Source: Candidatus Saccharimonadota bacterium
GTDB lineage: Archaea > Micrarchaeota > Micrarchaeia > Micrarchaeales > Micrarchaeaceae
DNA length: 32,000 nt
Assembly (NCBI RefSeq): GCF_002214165.1
Contig: NZ_CP019964.1
Span: forward strand, 450,001-482,000
Reading direction: 5' to 3'
Shown: positions 1-8,646 of the stretch, piece after piece
Position numbering within the stretch: the first letter of the stretch is position 1
Layout: each line of letters begins with the position of its first letter
Translations under genes and position numbers: made by a program
The notes under the pieces: model-generated
Database searches by the model: none
Told to the model about the DNA's origin: nothing
Seen by the model: only the letters and a program-made list of their open reading frames with translations

Positions 1-344
1 ATTGCATAGAAGTATCCGTAGGAATTATTTACACCGATTGAATTTGCAAACTTCATTGTCCTTTCGCTGGTGAGCTCCTTGACGGCCTTGGTGCTCCATA
101 TTGCATGGAAGTATCTATATCTAGTGTCTCTTTGGTCTAAAGACTCGACAAAGTCTAGAATCTCGGATAACCTCTTATCCGCTTCACTTGGATCAAAATT
201 TTCCTTAAGGTAATCCGTAATCAGTTTAGCGGTATCGTTATCACTTAATCTGGATAAGCCGGCAATTTTTGCATTGGTATCATCTAATAATTGCCTTTCG
301 GTAAAGCCATCATTTATTTTGGTTTTATTCTTGGGCATTTTCAT
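1..344 (-). CDS. hypothetical protein, C-terminal part cut by the window edge
   Basis: An open minus-strand frame starts at ATG 344..342 (MKMPKNKTKINDGFTERQLLDDTNAKIAGL...) and runs off position 1. It is absent from the ORF track because no stop is present. No recognisable motif. Confidence 0.4.
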   Translation of the reverse strand, partial: MKMPKNKTKINDGFTERQLLDDTNAKIAGLSRLSDNDTAKLITDYLKENFDPSEADKRLSEILDFVESLDQRDTRYRYFHAIWSTKAVKELTSERTMKFANSIGVNNSYGYFYA

Positions 345-494
345 GCTTATAGCCTCTTTGCACCTTATCTTTTACCTCCAGCATTTGCCTGATGTTTCTG
401 ATTGCCAATCATTATTTTAAGGGCCCTTGCAATGTTTATTATATAAACCGCTTTTAATATTTAAGACTTGCCACTATTTCCTCTGAAGTCGTTT

Positions 495-1007
495 TTAGCT
501 CTCGCGAAAGCTTTCATTCCAATAAAATTCCAATAGCATCATCTTTTTGAACGCTCTCATCCCGTATCCGTACTTCTTTATTGCATCTTTTGTTGCGTCC
601 TCGGATAGCTTTTCCATAATCCCTTTGTCTTTTTGGAGCATCTCGCTTATCTCGTTGTCTGAAAGCCTGTAATTCGACTTTATCCTCCTGACTCCGTTGT
701 AGATGTTGTAGCCATCCCACGGGCTTTTAAAATCAATTCCCATGGCAAACCTCAAGTCCGTGTATCCTCCAAAGCCTCCTGATGCCAATCCCTTTTTTCT
801 CATACCTAAGCTTATTCCCCCTTCCCAAAAGAAATCGACTTCCAGAAAGTAAGTTTTTATCTCTTCGGGATCCCTGTCCTTGAATACCTCTTTGTTTATT
901 TCATCCAGCTTGCCACTTGCCAGATTGTCAAGCCATAATTTTATTTTTTTCTTTCTTATGGTATTTTTCCTTTTTTCCGCAGGTGTAAGCTTTGCCATAT
1001 GGATCAT
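495..1007 (-). CDS. hypothetical protein (170 aa)
   Basis: ORF-track frame with a Lys-rich N-terminus and no motif I recognise. An alternative start is M4 (MAKLTPAEK) at 998. Confidence 0.5.
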   Translation of the reverse strand: MIHMAKLTPAEKRKNTIRKKKIKLWLDNLASGKLDEINKEVFKDRDPEEIKTYFLEVDFFWEGGISLGMRKKGLASGGFGGYTDLRFAMGIDFKSPWDGYNIYNGVRRIKSNYRLSDNEISEMLQKDKGIMEKLSEDATKDAIKKYGYGMRAFKKMMLLEFYWNESFRES

Positions 1008-1147
1008 CTTTGCCTTTGCATCTGGACACTGTCACCGTTCAAATTAATAAAGCTTGTGGCAAGAGGCGGGCTCGTGGATTCCCAATTAATTAGTGAATAT
1101 TCAGATAGAATAAATAATTGATTATTCATAGTATTAGTAGTGGTAAA

Positions 1148-1495
1148 ATGGATGCAAATGAAAAGTTGAAGGAGGTCAACAGGGTAGTCAAGGAATTGGG
1201 CGCGGACCAGCCAAATGTGCAGGCAGGATTTATGAAGCTTTTAACTTCTTCGGAATCGGATGGGAAGCTCCCCACTAAGGTAAAGGAACTGATAAGCTTG
1301 GCTCTGGCTATCAATGTCAAATGCGAATGGTGCATAGCGTACCATATGAACAACTACCTTAAGGCAGGTGCAACAAAGGATGAGATAATGGAAACTGCGA
1401 GCGTTGCAATACTTATGGGAGGTGCGCCATCACTGATGTACTTGAACCCTGTGCTTGACGCTTTTGAACAGCTGGGAGGGGATCAACAGCAGTAA
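1148..1495 (+). CDS. carboxymuconolactone decarboxylase / AhpD-like family protein
   Basis: The CxxC-containing core 'NVKCEWCIAYHMNNYLKAG' is typical of the AhpD/CMD fold. I placed the start at the in-frame ATG 1148 (MDANEKL) rather than the upstream TTG at 1118. Confidence 0.8.
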   Translation: MDANEKLKEVNRVVKELGADQPNVQAGFMKLLTSSESDGKLPTKVKELISLALAINVKCEWCIAYHMNNYLKAGATKDEIMETASVAILMGGAPSLMYLNPVLDAFEQLGGDQQQ

Positions 1496-1526
1496 TCGTT
1501 GTGCAAATAGATAAAAAGAAGCACGG

Positions 1527-1555
1527 AGCGGCAGTTCCCGCTTTATTTTTTTTCT
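1527..1555. terminator. hairpin plus T-run between convergent genes
   Basis: AGCGG (1527-1531) / CCGCT (1538-1542) form a stem with a 6-nt loop, followed by 'ttatttttttt'. It sits between the convergent 3' ends at 1495 (+) and 1569 (-). Confidence 0.5.
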
Positions 1556-1568
1556 TTGTTCCTGTTTT

Positions 1569-1973
1569 TCAAAGATCCTTTGTATTTTCATCCGGCTCCT
1601 TATGCTCGTACAAGAATATTGCTTCCTTGAGAGCTTTCAATGATATCGTGGCGCAATGTAGCCTCGCAGGGCCTGGTTCTATTCCAAGCAGGTCAATCAT
1701 GTCCTTTACCCCCATCCCGCTCAGCTCCTCTATGCTCTTACCCTTTACGTAATCCGTGAGCATGCTTGCCCCTGCTGTGCTTATCGAGCATCCCTCACCA
1801 TCGAACTTTGCATCGTCGACCTTGGCCTCCGAAATCTTCAAGTATACTTTGATGTCGTCTCCGCATACCGGATTGTGCTCTTCAAAGCTCGCATCCGCAT
1901 CTTCCATTTTGCCCTTGTTGTGGGGGTGTTCATAATTCGATATTATTTCCTCTGCATAAAGATTTGTAGACAT
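1569..1973 (-). CDS. NifU/IscU/SufU-type Fe-S cluster scaffold protein
   Basis: Motifs 'HNPVCGDDIKVYL', 'GEGCSISTAGASM' and 'ARLHCATISLKAL' give the three conserved Cys of the U-type scaffold. ATG 1973 is preceded by AAGGTG; the track ORF extends to a GTG at 2000. Confidence 0.85.
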   Translation of the reverse strand: MSTNLYAEEIISNYEHPHNKGKMEDADASFEEHNPVCGDDIKVYLKISEAKVDDAKFDGEGCSISTAGASMLTDYVKGKSIEELSGMGVKDMIDLLGIEPGPARLHCATISLKALKEAIFLYEHKEPDENTKDL

Positions 1974-2129
1974 TGTAACACCTTTTGAATACGCTTGCAC
2001 CTCATTAATCTAAATTAATAAGCATTTGCGGTGCTGTACAGGCGGTTTATCCAATAATCATTACCTATTTAATAATATTTAAAAGTTGCTAATGTAAAAG
2101 TTTAGGGAAAGACAAAAATTGAAACTGGT

Positions 2130-2804
2130 TCAATTCTTCAAGGTTATCTTGTTTTCGGTTTCCGTCTCCTTCTTTGACGTCATCTCCTTGCTTACCTCCT
2201 CGGATATCTGCTTTTTGATATCCTCCGCCTTGTTTGGCCCGTTTTCTGAAGCTGCCTCTACCTCTGCGGGCTTTGCTGCTTCCTTTGCGCTTTTCTTTAA
2301 GGCGTTGATATCGTATGCGCTGAACAGGTAATAAGCCCATACAAGTATTATCCCTGCAAACAGCATCAGGTATATTCCGGCTCCCGGAATCGCAACGGCT
2401 GCTACCGGCTCGCCGCTTATGCTTATGAGATTTGAGAACATGTAAAGGGATGCGATTCCCAGCGCAAAAGAGACAAATGAAGATATAGCGGCGATTATGG
2501 ATGCCTTCTTTGTGAATAGTGCTATGAAAGCTATAACTATTGATATCAATATGAATATGAATGATGCCTCGCCGTAGTTGACGAATGCCACTTCAACAGG
2601 CGTTGAGGTTGCGTTCAGTGGGGTTTGCCCTGTGAAAATTATGCGGCCGAATCCCATGTAGGACACCCCTTCCGATACTCCAAACTCTATTGGCTGTGTT
2701 CTTAGGATATTTGAGAATAATGCTATGACTATTACTGCCAACACGATTATGATTATAGTGCCCCATATTATACTTGGCTTCTCAAAAGCTTCCTTTTTCT
2801 GCAT
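2130..2804 (-). CDS. multi-pass membrane protein with a charged C-terminal tail
   Basis: There are several hydrophobic segments (IIWGTIIIIVLAVIVIALF, FIFILISIVIAFIALF, GAGIYLMLFAGIILVWAYYLF). The tail is K/E-rich. No family recognised. Confidence 0.6.
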   Translation of the reverse strand: MQKKEAFEKPSIIWGTIIIIVLAVIVIALFSNILRTQPIEFGVSEGVSYMGFGRIIFTGQTPLNATSTPVEVAFVNYGEASFIFILISIVIAFIALFTKKASIIAAISSFVSFALGIASLYMFSNLISISGEPVAAVAIPGAGIYLMLFAGIILVWAYYLFSAYDINALKKSAKEAAKPAEVEAASENGPNKAEDIKKQISEEVSKEMTSKKETETENKITLKN

Positions 2805-2831
2805 TTCAAAACCCGTTAGCGTATGCCATTA

Positions 2832-4052
2832 TTAGATTGTTATTTTAATCAAAGATTTATAATACTTGTTGAACAATAATTCCAGCTCCTTGCAGATCTC
2901 CTCAATCTTTAAATCCATCTCGGCAATTTTTCCATCGTTCTCCTTTGCCTGCTCTTTCCTTGCATGTTTGTCTTCTTCTATGCTTTTCTCGGTACTTACG
3001 CCAATCCTTGCTTCATTCAAAGAACCCTGCAATTCAGACAGCTCTTCTTTGACCTTCATCAGATTCTTTATCCTATCGGCAAGGCCTGCATTGACAACCT
3101 CTTCTATCTGCTCTACGAAGGACTCCTTCTTCTTCACCTCTATCCTTCCTTTCATAACCATATCCTTCAGGGAATTGAGCTCTTTTAGGAACAGGCTGTA
3201 ATTTCCAGGATCTGAAAGAATATAGGGATTGTCCAAGAAATCAGACAGGCTTATCTTTTCTCCTGATATATAATCGTATTTTCTGGCAAGCCTTTTAAGC
3301 GGATACAAAATCGCGGTTATCTTGGAATTCTCACCGGAAATCCTGTCTTGGAGCACTACTATTTCGTTGCTCTTCTCGGATATCTCTGAATTCAGCTCTT
3401 TTATTGAATTTTCTTTTACTTCTGCCATCTCTACTTCCCTCACTTCCTCCTTTATCTTTGCGTTCTCTTCCATTAAGTATTCCTTGTCGGATATGAGCTG
3501 CAGCAGTGCATCTATCTTGTCCCTTATCTCTATGTACCTGTCATATTCATTGGATTTCGACTTTATCACATTCTTGAGGTCGTTAATCCTTTTCTCTATG
3601 TTGGAGTACACCTTCTTGAAGCTGTCTATGTCCTTTGCGTATCCTATAACGACGGGCCTGAATTTTGCGTTGTGCTTTAATATTGAGTCCAGCATGCCGG
3701 AATAGAAGTGCTCCTTCAGCAGCAGATTGTAGTATGCGTCCCTTCCGTCTTCCTCCTCAAAGCTTCTGTCTAAAATGCGCTCCAGCCTCTTGCAGTAGTT
3801 CTCTTTCTGGGACTTTACAAATTCAATGCTGTAATTAGGTATGTACTCCATCTCCGGATCTGATCGGGAATTTGAGAAATTGGCAATCGATTCTTTGAAA
3901 CCTGCGATTCCGCTGATTATCGATGCTTCTGCTGCATCCGCCTGCTTTTCCATGGGGCTTATCAGTGTGTAAAACATCTTCAGGTTATAGCTTTCGAGAT
4001 CATCGGGCTTTATTTCCATATTGGCAGGCTTCCTAAAAAACATCTTCAGCAC
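2832..4052 (-). CDS. coiled-coil protein (406 aa), function unknown
   Basis: Long E/K/I/L heptad-like stretches occur through the C-terminal two thirds. It lies 27 nt upstream of the membrane protein gene on the same strand. An alternative start is M12 at 4019. Confidence 0.6.
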   Translation of the reverse strand: MLKMFFRKPANMEIKPDDLESYNLKMFYTLISPMEKQADAAEASIISGIAGFKESIANFSNSRSDPEMEYIPNYSIEFVKSQKENYCKRLERILDRSFEEEDGRDAYYNLLLKEHFYSGMLDSILKHNAKFRPVVIGYAKDIDSFKKVYSNIEKRINDLKNVIKSKSNEYDRYIEIRDKIDALLQLISDKEYLMEENAKIKEEVREVEMAEVKENSIKELNSEISEKSNEIVVLQDRISGENSKITAILYPLKRLARKYDYISGEKISLSDFLDNPYILSDPGNYSLFLKELNSLKDMVMKGRIEVKKKESFVEQIEEVVNAGLADRIKNLMKVKEELSELQGSLNEARIGVSTEKSIEEDKHARKEQAKENDGKIAEMDLKIEEICKELELLFNKYYKSLIKITI

Positions 4053-4203
4053 TCATAGAAGTTTTGATTCCGGCCCAACTTCCGCCGCGACCTATTTTGT
4101 AGGAAATCGCAGGCTTGGGCTTTGCAAAACTTATATCACAAGTTATATTGGTATTTCATCAATACTTAAATCTTTTTCTATTTATATATATAATGTGATA
4201 AAT

Positions 4204-4620
4204 ATGGTGTCGAAGAAAACATCGAGTCTCAAGATGAACCATAATGGTTTTAAAGTGCGCGGAGATTTATTTGCCCTGGAATTCATAGGGAGCTTGTTCT
4301 ACCTGTATTTGATATACTTGATAGGAGCAAATGTAATGCCCGTAAGCACACTTCTCAGTACTGGAAGCGCAAGTTTCTGGCTGGCGGTATTGCCTGCAGT
4401 CGCGGTAGTGGCAGGAGTAGCATTATTCTTCCATAGCTTCACATACCTGTTTGGGGGATACAACAAGATTTCAACCCTTAAGCTGGCTACGGTAGCAGGA
4501 TTCGCATTCTTCGCACTCACAATAGGGGTGGCAGGAGGATATTTTGTAGTAGCTCTGATAGGTTTCATACTTACAGAGGTTGCTGCATACATGGTGCACG
4601 TAGAAAAGGACAAGGAGTGA
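4204..4620 (+). CDS. small membrane protein (about 139 aa)
   Basis: ATG 4204 follows the 'tttatatatataatg' TATA-like stretch. There are 4 hydrophobic segments. The upstream part of track ORF 4021..4620 overlaps the divergent gene start and looks non-coding. Confidence 0.55.
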   Translation: MVSKKTSSLKMNHNGFKVRGDLFALEFIGSLFYLYLIYLIGANVMPVSTLLSTGSASFWLAVLPAVAVVAGVALFFHSFTYLFGGYNKISTLKLATVAGFAFFALTIGVAGGYFVVALIGFILTEVAAYMVHVEKDKE

Positions 4621-4647
4621 TTTAGCTCCTTTTGTTTTTTTGTTTTC

Positions 4648-5787
4648 TCATTCTCTAAGGTTGATTACAGGTATTTCCATCTCATCCTGCAGCAGCGCTC
4701 CATGATGGCCCTTATGTCCAGAATAGTTGCCCTTGTACCTGTAAACGTATACGCTATTGTCCAAAGGCACGCCTATGAATTCCGATGAATTGCTGCTGGG
4801 CTTTTCCCCTTTCAATCCAAGCAGCCCTTTGCTTATTATCTCATCCTCATCAAATATCCTGAAGTCATTGAACTTATTTACAAGCTTTCCCTTTAGGTCT
4901 TCGTGTGATTTCATGAATACTGCACGTGCATCTCCGTAAGGAGGGGAGTCAAGCATTCCTATGACATCTTTCTGCTGGTCTAGGAATACGGCCTTTGAAA
5001 CCTCAATAAAACCGTGGTCCGCAGTAATTACTATATCGTATTTGCTTGAATAGCTGGAAAATGTGCTTACAACGGTATTGTATATGTACCTTGCCGCTTC
5101 CATAGTTGGCTCTGCGTAAGGGCCATACTTGTGCGCGAGCGAGTCTACAAATGGCAGGTACAATGACACGAATGTGCAGTCCTTTTCCAATGCCTCTTTT
5201 GCCAAGTATACCGAATCCCAGAATGTTTTGAACTCCGAAGGCTTTGAAATTCCATACAGCATCTTTGTCATGCTGCTGCTTGATATTGATTCGGGCACTA
5301 TCGCTTCCGTTCTCCTCCCTTTGTCCCTGAGTTCCCTGCCTATGCTTTTTACACCGAACATGGAGCTCATGTCCAATCCGCTTATCCTCTTTATAAGGTT
5401 GGGATCCGATACTTCCGGAAGCGTGTAATTCAATGTCTGGATTATTCCATATTCCTTTGTGTAGGTTGTGTATCCAAGTACTCCATGCTCCGCGGGAGTT
5501 GATACAGTATTCAGGGAGGTTAGTGCGGTAGAAGTTGTTGAGGGGAATACAGTGGAAAACTTTTCGGCGCCTTCTGTTGGTATCCCGGCGGCCTTCATTA
5601 TGTTATAGCCAAATCCGTCAATGAGGATTAACAGCACTTTGCCTTTGTCCAAGTTGATTGATTCCGAAGGTATCGCGTCCTCCCTGTTTATTCCCAAATC
5701 CTCAGCTATCGATGCGGCTAAGTTATATAGGTTGCCCTTTTCATAATCTGGAAACAAAAGCTTCTTTTCTTGAGATGCTACATCCAA
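4648..5787 (-). CDS. alkaline-phosphatase-superfamily enzyme (nucleotide pyrophosphatase/phosphodiesterase-like)
   Basis: The metal and nucleophile motifs appear in the canonical order: 'LILIDGFGYN', 'VFPSTTSTALTSL', 'VDSLAHKYGP', 'ITADHGF'. Confidence 0.8.
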   Translation of the reverse strand: MDVASQEKKLLFPDYEKGNLYNLAASIAEDLGINREDAIPSESINLDKGKVLLILIDGFGYNIMKAAGIPTEGAEKFSTVFPSTTSTALTSLNTVSTPAEHGVLGYTTYTKEYGIIQTLNYTLPEVSDPNLIKRISGLDMSSMFGVKSIGRELRDKGRRTEAIVPESISSSSMTKMLYGISKPSEFKTFWDSVYLAKEALEKDCTFVSLYLPFVDSLAHKYGPYAEPTMEAARYIYNTVVSTFSSYSSKYDIVITADHGFIEVSKAVFLDQQKDVIGMLDSPPYGDARAVFMKSHEDLKGKLVNKFNDFRIFDEDEIISKGLLGLKGEKPSSNSSEFIGVPLDNSVYVYRYKGNYSGHKGHHGALLQDEMEIPVINLRE

Positions 5788-5996
5788 ATAAACACCCGGA
5801 AATGCATGTCCTGGCGTACTGCCAAAATGCGGCTGCGGAATGCTGTTTCCTGTTTAACCTTTTATGTCAATAATTATATTGGTTTGTTTTGGTGCGGACA
5901 CGAAGCTTGCAAAATGCGGGATTAAATTTTACTTCACTATAATTTGTTATCCAAACGTAATAAAAATTATCCTCTCCTCTAATTATTTGTGATACA

Positions 5997-6344
5997 ATGA
6001 AGATAGCAATCGCACATGACAAGGATAAAAATATAGTGCCCCTTCAGGATGCCGAGTCCATCGCAATATACAACGACGAGGACCACAGCATTGAAGAACA
6101 CGACAATGAGGGATTTGGAAGCAAAGAGGCGACTATGGGAAGCATACTTAGGCTGGAGCCGGATGCGGTGGCTGTAAAAGAGGGGATCTTGTGCCCTGGA
6201 TCATACATGATGTCGCAGGGAATGATAAAGTACCTTGTTGTAAAAGGCAACACAGTGGACGATGTAGTTGCGGAGAAGGGCCAGGACAGTGAATTGACGG
6301 AATGGCTTGATGAATCAATGTATGCGGAAGGAGAAGAGGACTGA
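5997..6344 (+). CDS. small acidic protein, possibly NifX/NifB-C (dinitrogenase FeMo-cofactor-binding-like) fold
   Basis: The pattern 'MKIAIA...ESIAIYN.ED.SIEEHDN...PDAVAV.EGILCPGSYMMSQGMIKYLVV.GNTVDDVV' parallels that family's layout. The similarity is loose. Confidence 0.4.
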   Translation: MKIAIAHDKDKNIVPLQDAESIAIYNDEDHSIEEHDNEGFGSKEATMGSILRLEPDAVAVKEGILCPGSYMMSQGMIKYLVVKGNTVDDVVAEKGQDSELTEWLDESMYAEGEED

Positions 6345-6354
6345 ATGCATTGAA

Positions 6355-6373
6355 GGCAGAGGCCTGCTCTGCC
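6355..6373 (+). terminator. perfect 7-bp hairpin after the 5997..6344 gene
   Basis: GGCAGAG (6355-6361), loop GCCTG, CTCTGCC (6367-6373), with a T-run ('cttgtttt') about 15 nt downstream. Confidence 0.4.
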
Positions 6374-6505
6374 TGCCAGCAGCATCTTGTTTTGCCCCAT
6401 TGATCATCGCTAGTTTTCCAACAAAACAATAGAAATATATAAAAGAGATGCCGTATAGAATATTATTTAGCCAGGCTTTTTATGAACTTGACAAGGTGAT
6501 TAAAG

Positions 6506-7141
6506 ATGGAAGATACGGATACACAGAATGTTAATAATGTTGAGGAAAATAAGGTTAACACGGTTAATGATGCTAATGCTCCAAGCAATGCCGCTGACAG
6601 CCAAAATGCCCAAGCGGCAAATCAAAGTGCTGCAGCCAAGCCAAAAAAGAAAAATAAAGGATTGATTGTAGGCTCAATCGTTGTTGTCATAATAATAATA
6701 GCTGTTGTGGCGGCCTATCTGCTTACATCAAGCTCTGCGAGCACTGTCAAATCTGGTGACTTGGTAGAGGTCTACTTCAAGGGCAGCTTTACAAACGGCA
6801 CTGTATTCCAGGAAGGTAATTTCAATTTCACAGCAGGCTCAAACCAAGTGATATCAGGGTTCAGCAATGCTGTAATAGGGATGAAGCTTCATCAAATCAA
6901 AAACATAACCTTGACGCCACAGGAAGCATATGGCGAGGTCAACCAGAGCGAGATCGTATCCGTGCCTCTTACGGACTTTGCAAACCAGTCAATCAAGAAC
7001 GGCACAGTGGTTACATCAAGCACAGGCCTTTCCGGAACGGTGATAGCAGTAAATGCGACAGATGCGACTGTTAACTTCAATCCGCCACTGGCTGGAGATA
7101 CCTTGAACTTTGAGATTGAAGTTCTGAAGATTTCCAAGTGA
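6506..7141 (+). CDS. membrane-anchored FKBP-type peptidyl-prolyl cis-trans isomerase (SlyD-like, with insert-in-flap)
   Basis: 'GDLVEVYFKGSFTNGTVF', 'AGSNQVISGFSNAVIGMK', 'TPQEAYGE' and the C-terminal 'NPPLAGDTLNFEIEVLKI' are present. The N-terminus has an N/A/Q-rich low-complexity stretch followed by the TM helix 'GLIVGSIVVVIIIIAVVAAYLL'. Confidence 0.8.
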   Translation: MEDTDTQNVNNVEENKVNTVNDANAPSNAADSQNAQAANQSAAAKPKKKNKGLIVGSIVVVIIIIAVVAAYLLTSSSASTVKSGDLVEVYFKGSFTNGTVFQEGNFNFTAGSNQVISGFSNAVIGMKLHQIKNITLTPQEAYGEVNQSEIVSVPLTDFANQSIKNGTVVTSSTGLSGTVIAVNATDATVNFNPPLAGDTLNFEIEVLKISK

Positions 7142-7152
7142 AGGAATTTCCT

Positions 7153-8064
7153 TCATATGGATATCTCTTCTCCTGGCACCCTCCTGAACAATTCTACATC
7201 GCCAACATGCTTTGACCTCGTGAGGAATCTCGTCAGCCTTTCTACTCCGAATCCTGCTCCCGCCGATGGATAAAGACCTTTTTCGGCTTCTGACAGGTAT
7301 GCTTTGTAAACATCCATGTTTAGCCTATCTGACCCCATCTTCCTTGTTATTACAGGATATTCATGCTCGCGTTCTCCTCCTGACAATGCCTCTCCAAACC
7401 CTAATGGATATATAAGGTCGTAGTTAAGGTAATGCCCTGGCCTGCCCGTGTCCTCCTTTTCGTAGAACTCCCTTTTGTGGTCTGTTACCCAGAAGGGCTG
7501 TGTTGATGACCTTGACATCTTCGCCTCCCAGTCCTCGCCGTACTTCTCTGCCAATTCCCCTGTTGAATAGATTTTGAATGGGGGCTTGAAATCAAACACC
7601 TCCAAACCCAACTCCTTGAATGCCGACTTGGCCTTTTCATCGGACTTAAGCATCTTGCTCAGGTATACCAGATACCCCTCCATAAGAGCCATCACGTCCT
7701 TTGACTTTGCGTCCCTGATCTCAAAATCAAGCTGCGTAAACTCGAACAGGTGCCTTCCGCTGGATTTCCTTTCAGGCTTTTCCAGCCTTATGTTTGGGGA
7801 GAGTATGAATATCTTGTCAAGCTTCTTTATTGCTATCTGCTTGTGAAGGATCATTGAGTTCATCGTGTAAAGCCTCTGCCCTCCGTATTCTATCTCGGGG
7901 GTCTTCAATATTGACGAGTTTGGATCAGGTCCAAGAGGGTCAGTGCTTTTTCCCAATATCACTGGCAGCAGCTGCACGAAGCCGTTGTCATTGAAGTAGT
8001 CTATGGTATGCTTTATCACTTCGCTTGTGACAACCAGTTTTTCCACTATCTTGCTTTCTTCCAT
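7153..8064 (-). CDS. asnA: archaeal asparagine synthetase A-like protein (class II aaRS catalytic core without an anticodon-binding domain)
   Basis: At 303 aa it covers only the catalytic core. Class II motif 3 reads 'PSAGAGFGVERLTRFL' and motif 2 is like 'FEFTQLDFE'. AGGTGA lies 6 nt upstream of ATG 8064. Confidence 0.75.
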   Translation of the reverse strand: MEESKIVEKLVVTSEVIKHTIDYFNDNGFVQLLPVILGKSTDPLGPDPNSSILKTPEIEYGGQRLYTMNSMILHKQIAIKKLDKIFILSPNIRLEKPERKSSGRHLFEFTQLDFEIRDAKSKDVMALMEGYLVYLSKMLKSDEKAKSAFKELGLEVFDFKPPFKIYSTGELAEKYGEDWEAKMSRSSTQPFWVTDHKREFYEKEDTGRPGHYLNYDLIYPLGFGEALSGGEREHEYPVITRKMGSDRLNMDVYKAYLSEAEKGLYPSAGAGFGVERLTRFLTRSKHVGDVELFRRVPGEEISI

Positions 8065-8120
8065 ATCTATTCACCTAAAGATATGGTTGTCCCAGCGGTA
8101 TAAATATTTATGCAATAAAA

Positions 8121-8147
8121 TCTTATAAAATATACAATTTTATAAGA
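8121..8147. promoter_or_regulatory. perfect 11-bp inverted repeat in the divergent asnA-like/lrp control region
   Basis: TCTTATAAAAT (8121-8131), spacer ATACA, ATTTTATAAGA (8137-8147). It lies just upstream, in the minus sense, of the asnA-like TATA-like block at 8099-8111. Confidence 0.45.
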
Positions 8148-8163
8148 AACCTATTTATATAGT

Positions 8164-8180
8164 ATTGTATAAAATACAAT
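8164..8180. promoter_or_regulatory. 17-bp palindrome abutting the lrp start codon (Lrp-box-like)
   Basis: ATTGTAT-AAA-ATACAAT. The core TTGTATAAAATACAA (8165-8179) fits the archaeal Lrp-type box TTGYAWWWWWTRCAA as I recall it. It lies between the TATA-like 'ctatttatatag' (8151-8162) and ATG 8182. Confidence 0.5.
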
Positions 8181-8181
8181 A

Positions 8182-8610
8182 ATGGACGGCATTGACGATA
8201 GTATAATAAGCCTGATTGATTCAGGGACTATAAATTACTCGACAATCGCAAAGAAGCTTGGAATGCCCCTTTCCACGGTGCACTTCAGGGTAAGAAAGCT
8301 TGAAAAAGAGAAAATAATAGAAGGTTACAAAGGTGAGGTTAACTGGAAAAATGCTGGAATGTCCGTGCTTGCCTTTATATTCGTGAATGTTGACGTTGAC
8401 CTTTTAAAGAAGCTGCACAAGACCCAGCAGCAGCTTCTCAATGAGCTTACGGGCATAAGCTATGTCAAGGAGGGATATATAGTGACAGGAGAGGCTGATA
8501 TATTCCTGAAAGTGATAGCCAAGGACACGGAAGAGCTTGGAAAAGTTCTGCTAAATTCAATAGACGCAAAAGAAGGAGTAGTCAAGACAAAGACAATGGT
8601 CGTGCTATAG
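8182..8610 (+). CDS. Lrp/AsnC family transcriptional regulator
   Basis: The N-terminal wHTH reads 'DDSIISLIDSGTINYSTIAKKLGMPLSTVHFRVRKLEKEKII'. The C-terminal RAM-like ab-sandwich reads 'AFIFVNV...YIVTGEADIFLKVIAKD'. Confidence 0.9.
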   Translation: MDGIDDSIISLIDSGTINYSTIAKKLGMPLSTVHFRVRKLEKEKIIEGYKGEVNWKNAGMSVLAFIFVNVDVDLLKKLHKTQQQLLNELTGISYVKEGYIVTGEADIFLKVIAKDTEELGKVLLNSIDAKEGVVKTKTMVVL

Positions 8611-8646
8611 ATGCCGGCAATCTCTATTTAGGTTTTAAGCATTGCT

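Noticed and set aside
1501-1752. An 83-aa plus-strand ORF overlapping the terminator and the 3' part of the Fe-S scaffold gene.
   Set aside because: It starts inside the terminator T-run, is antisense to a gene with clear motifs, and gives a low-complexity translation.
4021-4203. The N-terminal 61 codons of track ORF 4021..4620.
   Set aside because: This part overlaps the start of the divergent coiled-coil gene and spans an obvious AT-rich promoter region containing a TATA box. The hydrophobic protein begins plausibly at ATG 4204.
5826-5920. A direct 10-nt repeat CAAAATGCGG, present twice in the intergenic region upstream of the 5997 gene.
   Set aside because: There are only two copies of a short word, with no associated symmetry or spacing pattern. 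This is compatible with chance.
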